NCBI GenBank assembly: GCA_018985225.1
Contig: JADGIF010000319.1
Span: 1-11,054, forward strand
Direction: 5' to 3'
Source of the DNA: Amoeboradix gromovi X-113
Taxonomy: Eukaryota; Fungi; Sanchytriomycota
DNA: 11,054 bases
The notes beneath the pieces were generated by a model that was not told the origin of the DNA, searched no databases, and worked only from the letters and a program-made list of their open reading frames with translations. This document shows positions 1 to 7,684 of this stretch, piece after piece (positions within the stretch are counted from its first letter, which is position 1; every line of letters begins with the position of its first letter). A program made the position numbers and the translations under genes.

Positions 1-8
1 GATGTAGG

Positions 9-162
9 GTCTTCTAGTTTTATTTTAAAAAGAGGAATACAATTAATGAGAGAATCTTGGTATAACAGAAGAAGATCTTTTATTAATGATAGCATTTCCT
101 CCGTATGGAGCACCTTCTTTAAAAACGAGTTAGTCTAGTTTTTATATTTGGTGTCCCACTTG
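9..162 (-). repeat. Copy A of a repeated intergenic element (core 130..162), possibly truncated by the window start
   Basis: Reverse complement of 130..162 (CAAGTGGGACACCAAATATAAAAACTAGACTAA) matches 7568..7600 at 31/33. Collinear outer blocks are also shared: TCTTGG 55..60, TTTTAAAA 23..30, GTCTTCTAGT 9..18. Confidence 0.8.
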
Positions 163-223
163 CAATCTTAATAAATGATTTATTCCCTTCAAACCGGAAA
201 AACGATTTTGCTCTACAATCTTA

Positions 224-679
224 ATGTCAAGGGTTCTGGGCCACGAATTTGAGGCATTTGTATGTAACGTAATCAAGAAAAGTAGCAGATTGACAGTAAC
301 ACAGACAAAAGGATCAGGTGATGGGGGAATCGACTTTTTCTGTTCATGCAGAGGTGAAATAGCTGTTGGTGAGATAAAGTCTGGAAACTCAATTGGAACA
401 CAGCTTATCAGAAATTTCATTGGATCTATGCTTACAAATGAAGTCAAAAATGGTATATTTATTTCTAAAGTCAGTTTAACAAAGGATGCAAAGATTTTAG
501 TTAACTCTATTACGCCAGATCTCTCTTTCCTCTACGTTCAAATATCTGAGACGAAATTACACACATCAAAAAACTTGTCCGAATCAATTGTAAAAGTACA
601 TTCAAACAAGTATTGCAATTCGTCTTTAGTCTATGACTCTCGTAATAAGCTTGTCACGTTAAACGGACAGGTTTTATAG
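224..679 (+). CDS. Mrr-like (Mrr_cat / RRG7-type) restriction-endonuclease-fold protein, 151 aa
   Basis: Motif order GHEFE ... TKGSGDGGID ... GEIK ... IGTQLIRNFIGSM ... GIFIS ... LTKDA matches the Mrr catalytic domain pattern (FE / GDxGxD / (Q/E)xK / IRxFxG / GxFxT / FTxxA). The stop is followed immediately by the recurring 3' element. Confidence 0.8.
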   Translation: MSRVLGHEFEAFVCNVIKKSSRLTVTQTKGSGDGGIDFFCSCRGEIAVGEIKSGNSIGTQLIRNFIGSMLTNEVKNGIFISKVSLTKDAKILVNSITPDLSFLYVQISETKLHTSKNLSESIVKVHSNKYCNSSLVYDSRNKLVTLNGQVL

Positions 680-692
680 CAATAAATTTACT
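680..692 (+). terminator. Putative polyadenylation/3'-end element CAATAAATTTACT
   Basis: Begins at the first base after the TAG of the nuclease gene and contains AATAAA. An identical 13-mer occurs at two other gene ends. Confidence 0.7.
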
Positions 693-754
693 TCCTTTTT
701 ACATTTAAAACCAATTTTTCCATGTTTGGACGTCGTTTGTTCTCAACGTAGAGA

Positions 755-3700
755 ATGTCTGATCAAGATTTAGTAAAAGATATAAAGGTATCCTCAATTA
801 TTATGAAGAGATTTGAGTTTGTTGTGTCTGCTAAAATAGCTTATAGAGAAGCTGCGAGAAATAAGTTCAACTTCCTACTCGGTTTATTGACTGTTTTCAT
901 CGTTGTGAGTATCGTAGCTATACTTGTTAGCGTGATCGACTATGCTCCATTAATTTTCCTGGGTCTCAGTGAACAGATGCAAGGCCAAATCGATTTATAT
1001 GCTATGCTCTTAAACGAGTATGCCTCGGATATGCGTTTTAATCTCTCTAACATTCCTTTTAATGCGGCTCCAAGATATACTGAATCTGTGGAATTATTCA
1101 AGGCTTCTGGATGTTCAGGATTCAATATTAATGATCCATTCAATTCCAAATTATTTTATCCTGATTCTTCTAGTTGTGAAGCAACTACCATATCTAGTTG
1201 CTTAATCGATCTGTGCGATACTTACACAACTGGCAACATCCTTGCATTTGATCATGACCTGGAGTCCAATTACGGAATTGGCTCTAAATATCCTTTTGAC
1301 AAGCTATTGCCTAACCAGATCATTATAGGTAACAAATTGGCTAACGAATTGAATATTCACGTTAACGATCATGTCATTATCCCTCAGTCTGTTGACTATT
1401 TATATCTTCAGCAGGTATACTCTGAAAGTCTCAGTAAAAATATATCTGTTGGTACGTCAGTTGGATATGCTTCCAAGGTTATTAACATTGCTCAAGTAGT
1501 TGCTGTTGTTGATAACCCATATCGCAAAACATCTCTGGATTCTGACGCATTCATATTTATGGAATTATCTACGTTGCCTTCAATGCAGGCCAGTCAAATG
1601 CACCCTAACATAACTGATAATTTTAAACAACTTTTTACCGGACTAGAATCTACTGTTAATCAGTTCATTAAAGAACTAATTATTCCTTGCTCACTCGACA
1701 GGCAATCTTGCTATTCTGGAAGCAGTTATGACTCTATTGCTAACACGATCAATCCGTGGGCAAGTGATATTAGAACGCTCTTGGGATACGATGAGGTTGT
1801 AACTTCTCTGCCCATTCTTGTCTATTTGCAAGACCAGCGGTTCTTCATAAGTATGCTAAATCTATTACTGTCATTGGTCGTCGTAGTATTGGGCAGCATA
1901 TCTGTGTTCTTGATATACTCTCTGTTGATGACCAGTGTGGAAACCAAGATATTTGAGACCGGTATTGCTAGAATGATAGGGTTCCGAAAGATTAACATTT
2001 ATGCTACTCTAATACTTCAAGGTCTATTTTATTCCATCCCTGGTTGCTGCTTTGGCTTATTAGCAAGTCAAGTTGCTTTTATATTCGTAGGACAATATCT
2101 GAATGATTTGTTACAAGTCGTGCTAGCAGTTAGAATCAGTAGTAGAGGTATATTGATCGCTTTTTTATTGGGATTCTTTATTCCTATATTTGCTAGTATT
2201 GTACCAGTAAAGAAAGCGCTAAGTTACAACATTCATGATGCTCTAGACCAGCGTCAAAGTACATTTAAACCAGTCAAAATTACAATAGAGCGAACCAAAA
2301 GTCATAGTATACCGGTATATCAAATCATAGGTGGCTGTATTGCTGTGTCTGTTGGTTTTAGTGTTTACTACTTGTTGCCTGTTGCATTGGTCAACGGTGA
2401 TATCGTATTGATGTTTAATATATTCTTCATCATACTAGTCTTAATGTTAGTCGGTTTGACTGTGTTAGGTACTAATTTTGAGTCTATTATCCAGAATATG
2501 CTGTTAGATCTCATATTTATATTTCCAATTGAAAAGAAGTCTATGAAGCAGTTAATCGGTAGGAATTTGTTAGCCCATAAACAAAGAAATAAAAAAACTA
2601 CCTTGATCTTTGCAGTTGCTCTCAGTTTTATCATTTTCTTGACTGTTAGCGGTAATATACAGCTAGATAACCTGGATTTTACCAAAAGAAGAAAGGCAGG
2701 CACAATATATTCGATTCAGCAATCCAGGTACTACGATGATGGCCAGGCTACAGGTTTCGATAACTATCTGGAAATCGAGCAATTTTTATTAACGAGGAGT
2801 GAGGTGTTGGACATTGCATATTCTACTTATCCACTTGTAGAATGGGATGCTATACAGTTTAAGAATACCATGATAAGTAATTTAGGTCAAACTATCAAGT
2901 ACAACACCAATATATACGCAACCAGTCCCAATTTCTTGGATGTAATGAATATTGATTTTATTGAAATGTATGATACTACAGACAGTCATTACAGCCCAAT
3001 TGAATCGCTTTATGGGCTTAAAAACGGCAATACTTTAATAATGGGAGAAGGTGTTTTTCATAAGCTCTATCTTGACTCTCTTGAGGATAAATTCACTATT
3101 ACAAAGACCACGCAGGATCAGAATGGTATGTTTAATAGCACCAATTTTATATTCAATACCCAAGCTGTATTCTCGTCATTTCCTTTTTACTCAATTTCCA
3201 AGTATTCCAGTTCCAGATCATCTGTAATTACAGACCTATTTACCATGTATCATATGGCAGGGTGGAACTACACTGGAATTGAAAATGTACCACTAAAACA
3301 CATATTCATAAAGACAAAAGAGTTAACTTCTAAACAAGAATACATATTCCTACGCGATTTGAAGTTGCAATTTAAAGCCAGTAGTTCCATAGAAATCAAC
3401 AACATAAGCGGCGATTTAAGTACAGCACAGTTTGCTAAAAAGACTCTGCAGACCATGTTTCAATGCATCAGTGCTATGATTATACTTTTGATGTTTTTCA
3501 GTCTAAATTCGAGTATGTCCGTAAACATACAAGAGCAAAAGAAGGAAATAGGAATACTAAGATCATTGGGACTAACAGCTGTAGAAATATACAGGTTATA
3601 TATATTTGAAGCCACTGTGTTGGTATTAAGTGCAGGGTTCTTGGGGTAACATTCATTAACGTAGAATTATGACAGGTGCGTTTATAGGTTGGACAATGAC

Positions 3701-3860
3701 TGCGCAACAGAGTGTATTGAGTAACTTGCCATCTTTCTTTTCATTTCCATACGATATAACACTAATAGTATTTGCAGCATCGATAATATGCGGGATAGCT
3801 TCGGTAAGTACAAACATCCAAATAATATTAAAAAGAGGAATAGTATCATTGCTAAGATAA
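755..3860 (+). CDS. FtsX/MacB-like (type VII ABC) permease with two permease modules; join(755..3645,3665..3860), 1028 aa
   Basis: N-terminal TM helix after AYREAARNK and a large soluble loop. FtsX motif 1: LLMTSVETKIFETGIARMIGF. Second module starts RNLLAHKQRNKKT. FtsX motif 2: NIQEQKKEIGILRSLG...IFEA. Removing a 19-nt GT-AG intron fuses the 964-aa and 63-aa ORFs in frame (SAGFLG-IMTGAFIGW) and completes the last TM helices. No ATPase domain. Confidence 0.9.
3646..3664 (+). other. 19-nt spliceosomal intron GTAACATTCATTAACGTAG
   Basis: GTAA donor, TTAAC branch-like motif and TAG acceptor. It contains the in-frame TAA at 3647..3649. Excision gives GG|A ATT ATG and restores the reading frame. 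Confidence 0.85.
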
Positions 3861-3862
3861 TG

Positions 3863-3875
3863 AGTAAATTTATTG
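3863..3875 (-). terminator. Putative (bidirectional) polyadenylation element between convergent genes
   Basis: AGTAAATTTATTG is the reverse complement of CAATAAATTTACT. It lies in the 28-nt gap between the permease and dehydrogenase stop codons. Confidence 0.7.
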
Positions 3876-3888
3876 ATTTCCGACGTTT

Positions 3889-4743
3889 CTATTTCTGTTC
3901 TAACCATTTATAGACAGCGCTAAAATCCAAATCCTTGAAATTCTTGTCGTTACACATGTCAGCATAAGACTGCTGAGCTATTGAAGCCATAAGAGTTGGG
4001 GAACTAACGCTGCTTGCAGAAGATAGAGCTAATTTCATGTCTTTATGGCAAAGGCTCACAGAAAATCCCGGTTTATATTTGTTAGAAGAAGGTACATTGG
4101 GCATAACGTTAGGTGCCGGGTTATATGTATCGCTAGACCAGCAGCGCCCGGAACTAGTATTAATGATTTTAGTTAAGGTAGCGGGGTCCATTCCTAATTT
4201 CTTGCCTAACAACAAAGTTTCACTAAGAGCGAGCATTGTAGTGCCTAGCAACATGTTGTTGCAGACTTTTGCAGTCGCACCAGCACCAGCAACTCCACAA
4301 TGTACGATGTTTTTACCCATGGTGGACAAAATAGGATCTGCAATTTTTAACACGTGCGATTCACCACCAACCATGAAAGTCAAACTAGCGTTTTCGGCAC
4401 CAGATATGCCACCAGATACGGGAGCGTCTAAAGAATTACCGTGCTTAGATCTCACCAAGTTATGCCAGTTTTTAGAAGTTGTGGGGTCAACAGTAGAACT
4501 GTCAATCCATAATTTATCCTTTAATAAATGCTTGATTTCATCGGATATGCTGCTTACATGATCAGCAGTAGGTAGCATAGTAATGATAACATCGCTTTTG
4601 GAAACTAATTCAGATACATTGGAAGCCATTGTAACGCCTTGCCTGTCCTGTATATCAAAGGCAAGCACCTTGAACTTCTTCTGCAAGTTTTTGCACATTC
4701 TTAATCCCATAGCACCCAATCCTACAAATCCTACGGTTTGCAT
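3889..4743 (-). CDS. HIBADH: 3-hydroxyisobutyrate dehydrogenase (valine catabolism), 284 aa
   Basis: Rossmann motif VGFVGLGAMG, DVIITMLP, IDSST, DAPVSGG, LTFMVGG, catalytic-Lys motif AKVCNNMLLG, and the HIBADH/MmsB-typical SSGRCWSSDTYNP and DFSAVY. Confidence 0.95.
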   Translation of the reverse strand: MQTVGFVGLGAMGLRMCKNLQKKFKVLAFDIQDRQGVTMASNVSELVSKSDVIITMLPTADHVSSISDEIKHLLKDKLWIDSSTVDPTTSKNWHNLVRSKHGNSLDAPVSGGISGAENASLTFMVGGESHVLKIADPILSTMGKNIVHCGVAGAGATAKVCNNMLLGTTMLALSETLLLGKKLGMDPATLTKIINTSSGRCWSSDTYNPAPNVMPNVPSSNKYKPGFSVSLCHKDMKLALSSASSVSSPTLMASIAQQSYADMCNDKNFKDLDFSAVYKWLEQK

Positions 4744-5362
4744 ATTTTGTGTTTTAGCCCAGAATCTCCAGTTTCTAGCCAGTAACCGAAAATCAGAATA
4801 AGGCGCTTCAAATTCTTATATAAGACTTTTGCTTTAGCAATGGTTTAGAGATTGTTTTATGACATCTAGAGGTCTTAGCCACTTGTAAATAGAAAGGATT
4901 ATATTCAATAAACTGGAGAAACAGTTGCTAGCATTAGAGAAAGAAATTTCCAATAGCTTATACCTACGCTTCAGCGACTCTTAATCAATCCCCATTCCTT
5001 CATCTTAGCTAAGGAAGAAGCAAAACTAGCTCTATTAGTTCTGCCTTGCTCAGAATACTGCATGTCCCCGAATGTAGTAATAGTAATAAGTGCTGCCGCA
5101 GCAGCATCGTATCGCATTCTACCACATTCTTTTACGCTCGTCTTATTTCGTGCTCGTGGACAACACCTGCGAGAAATATTCTTGAAATAGATCAGTGTTT
5201 CTTGAGTGTATCTGTACAAGTCATGGTCGAGCGGGAGTGCAATGATCTAGCAGGACACGCATTTTATAGTTTTGGGCACCTTTGATACGGCCTCGAGATA
5301 TATCAAGTCATCTCTTTTCTTTTTGCCATCCACTTTTACCCCAAGTCTGCTTTTCATTGAGC

Positions 5363-6721
5363 ATGTCCCTTATGTCATCTAAATCTGACGTTCTTAAGAA
5401 ATTGAACCGATCCTATCAGGATAAAAAGTTAGACTCGCCTTCTGCTAGTAGTATTGAGGACTCTACCTCTCTTAGAGATTTGAAATTACAAAAATTAGAA
5501 TTATCAGCAGGCAAAATTTTGAGCAAGTCTAAATCTGTAAGATACGAAGATAAACCTCAGGGAGCGGACCAAATAGAGTATGCTGAAATTTTTGACAAGG
5601 TTTCTGACATATCACCTTATAAATTTGAACCTAAATCTGTCATAGAGAAGTCTCCTGCGACTCCAATGAACTCAGACAGAGCTGTAGAGTTAAATGAGTT
5701 ATTGGAATTATCTAACCAGCACGCCATGGAAATTCATAGCTTGCAATTTGAATTACAAAAGCTGCAAAAGAAATTATCAGATACTCAGCCGTATGTGCAG
5801 TGTATATATGAGCATTTTGGTAAAATCTCTCCACAGGAGCTAGATATTGAGCTCAGAACTATCAAAGAGCAACATAATCATAGTGAAAATATGAAAGATC
5901 TAGTCAAATCATCTGAAATCCAAGTATCATCGGAAATACAAAAATTAAATGTTCACAATAAGTTGAATGAAATAGAAAAACAACTTGATGCTTTGATTGA
6001 ATCCAAAAACGATAATTTTAATGATACCCTTCAAAAAGGTCTAGATAAAATGATAGCATTGAGTGTTAATGATTCTAAACGCACAATTGAACTGACTAAC
6101 CAAATAGTGCCTCAACTGGCTATTCAGTTAAAGAAACAACTATCAGACTCTATAAATACTGCAAAGGTGATTCCTCTCCAAAACCAATTAGCTGCAATGC
6201 AACAGCGGGAGGATCAGGCAATTCAATCTCGAGAATATTACAAGAACCAGGTATCTAAACTAACTCGAGTTATGACGTCATCGCTAATGGACTCATACGA
6301 CTTGGGTGCAGATAATGAATTGTTGCTCAGGGACATCCAATTTGAAGTTCAAAAAGCATTTCAAAATAACGATTTACCCAACGACTGGCTCATAAATTGG
6401 ATAGAAAAAACTTCCCCTGAACAAGCTTCACAATCTGTATCTGTGATGTCCGATATGCTAGTTGAGCTATTTGCAGTTCCACCACCAAATATAGAATTCA
6501 GAGCTAATCAAGAAACAGTACAAAAGGCACCACTATTCCATCTATTAAAAGCATTTCTGTTAAAAATATACATATTGCATACTAAAAAAGCCAAAGTTGC
6601 CAATCCGTTGAGTGAAAATGAATTGTTGGATATGGTTCAAAAGAAAATCGACGTTTTGCAAAACAGTGTGAATAGAAAGAGTAATTTACTAACACATTTG
6701 GGTAACAAGATAGAATCTTGA
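5363..6721 (+). CDS. Hypothetical coiled-coil protein, about 452 aa
   Basis: Long ORF rich in E/K/Q/L with heptad-like stretches (IHSLQFELQKLQKKL, LNEIEKQLDALI) and a Ser-rich N-terminus. First ATG at 5363 (alternative 5372); the TTG start at 5282 in the ORF track is unlikely in a eukaryote. No family recognised. Confidence 0.8.
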   Translation: MSLMSSKSDVLKKLNRSYQDKKLDSPSASSIEDSTSLRDLKLQKLELSAGKILSKSKSVRYEDKPQGADQIEYAEIFDKVSDISPYKFEPKSVIEKSPATPMNSDRAVELNELLELSNQHAMEIHSLQFELQKLQKKLSDTQPYVQCIYEHFGKISPQELDIELRTIKEQHNHSENMKDLVKSSEIQVSSEIQKLNVHNKLNEIEKQLDALIESKNDNFNDTLQKGLDKMIALSVNDSKRTIELTNQIVPQLAIQLKKQLSDSINTAKVIPLQNQLAAMQQREDQAIQSREYYKNQVSKLTRVMTSSLMDSYDLGADNELLLRDIQFEVQKAFQNNDLPNDWLINWIEKTSPEQASQSVSVMSDMLVELFAVPPPNIEFRANQETVQKAPLFHLLKAFLLKIYILHTKKAKVANPLSENELLDMVQKKIDVLQNSVNRKSNLLTHLGNKIES

Positions 6722-6725
6722 TAGC

Positions 6726-6738
6726 AGTAAATTTATTG
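6726..6738 (-). terminator. Putative (bidirectional) polyadenylation element between convergent genes
   Basis: AGTAAATTTATTG occupies 13 of the 19 nt between the stops of the coiled-coil and LRR genes. Confidence 0.7.
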
Positions 6739-6740
6739 TA

Positions 6741-7469
6741 TTAATCTACTGATGGCTTAATCTTTGAGATACATTCCAATGAGCAACACTTGTATTCCAC
6801 TGGCAACGTTATATGCTTGACATAGACACTGTGATACTCGTGGATCATTAGTTGGCATACGTTACAAGTTATGCCCGAAGGCATATTCAGCTGTCTTTGA
6901 CACTGTTCCTTCAGCGTGAACTGCACAATTCGATCTTTTGGAGCCGAGACAGGATGCTTTAGAGACCTACATATCAAATGCTTATTAGTGAGCTCGTATG
7001 GAATACATAAAAGCGGATTACCGGATATATCTATAACATCTGCATTTATGTTGGGAAGATGGGTAAATTGGTTTTCTTGTAGATTTAAAGTATGGACTCT
7101 ACCGATTACTGATATATGCTTCAGATTATTAAATTGCAGGTTGACTATATACACATATGAGTCAATGACAATATTAGTTAAAAAATTGTGAGAGAGATCA
7201 AGGACGCGAAGATTAGGAAACGAAGAAGTGTTTGGAAATTCCGACAACAAGTTTCCACCAAAAATGTTACCAGCGATAAAGGAGGTTAAGCTTTGCCACG
7301 CGTGTATATATTTAGGTAATTTAGATATCTTATTATTGCTTATATCCAAATGTTCCAGCAGTTTTGTTTTCATCGGAAGGTGGTTAGGTATTCTGGTTAA
7401 ATTTTGGTTTGCAAGAATCAGCGTTACCATGCTTTGCTTTTGATTAGGAATGTCCTCAATATCTAGCAT
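6741..7469 (-). CDS. Leucine-rich repeat protein with BC-box-like motif and Cys-rich C-terminus (LRRC58/LRRC28/LRRC69-like architecture), 242 aa
   Basis: Repeated LxxLxLxxNxL units (LEHLDISNNKISKLP, LRVLDLSHNFLT, VHTLNLQENQFTHLP, IDISGNPL), then TLKEQC, CNVC and LPVEYKCCSLEC. Confidence 0.85.
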   Translation of the reverse strand: MLDIEDIPNQKQSMVTLILANQNLTRIPNHLPMKTKLLEHLDISNNKISKLPKYIHAWQSLTSFIAGNIFGGNLLSEFPNTSSFPNLRVLDLSHNFLTNIVIDSYVYIVNLQFNNLKHISVIGRVHTLNLQENQFTHLPNINADVIDISGNPLLCIPYELTNKHLICRSLKHPVSAPKDRIVQFTLKEQCQRQLNMPSGITCNVCQLMIHEYHSVYVKHITLPVEYKCCSLECISKIKPSVD

Positions 7470-7567
7470 GAATTTGTTATCAGATCACTCCTGGTTTCTC
7501 ACGAATTTGGATATTTTTGAATAAAAACGCAAGGAGCCAATCAGCTCTCGATTTTAATTCAATAAAA

Positions 7568-7684
7568 CAAATGGGACATCAAATATAAAAACTAGACTAA
7601 ATTCGCGATAAATGATTTATCCAAGAAAACAATCGAGCTTTCCCATTCTGAAAAATGTCAATTTTAAAAAAATCACTAGAAGAC
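7568..7684 (+). repeat. Copy B of the repeated intergenic element (core 7568..7600)
   Basis: CAAATGGGACATCAAATATAAAAACTAGACTAA, then CCAAGA 7621..7626, TTTTAAAA 7662..7669 and ACTAGAAGAC 7675..7684, in the same order as in the reverse complement of 9..162. Confidence 0.8.

Noticed and set aside
142-447. Minus-strand 101-aa ORF
   Set aside because: Antisense shadow of the Mrr-like gene with no recognisable motifs.
3647-3860. Treating 755..3649 and 3669..3860 as two genes, or as a stop-readthrough or alternative genetic code case
   Set aside because: The two ORFs are in different frames, so readthrough cannot join them. TAA, TAG and TGA all end genes normally in this window. A GT-AG intron explains the break exactly.
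940-3907. Small ORFs at 940, 1020, 2368, 3268, 3498 and 3656
   Set aside because: All overlap the permease CDS (antisense or alternate frame) and lack protein-family features.
4037-4801. Plus-strand 174-aa and 72-aa ORFs
   Set aside because: Antisense shadows of HIBADH.
5072-5089. ATG followed by five stop codons (TAG TAA TAG TAA TAA)
   Set aside because: Best explained as a short (TAR)n microsatellite; no evidence of function.
5282-5362. TTG-initiated N-terminal extension of the coiled-coil ORF (likewise TTG 9506 for Cdt1)
   Set aside because: A non-ATG start is unlikely in a eukaryote and the extension reads like pyrimidine-rich UTR.
7612-7651. Possible box C/D snoRNA (ATGATTT ... CTGA)
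   Set aside because: Box C is imperfect, the span is only 40 nt, there is no terminal stem, and I cannot verify an rRNA target.
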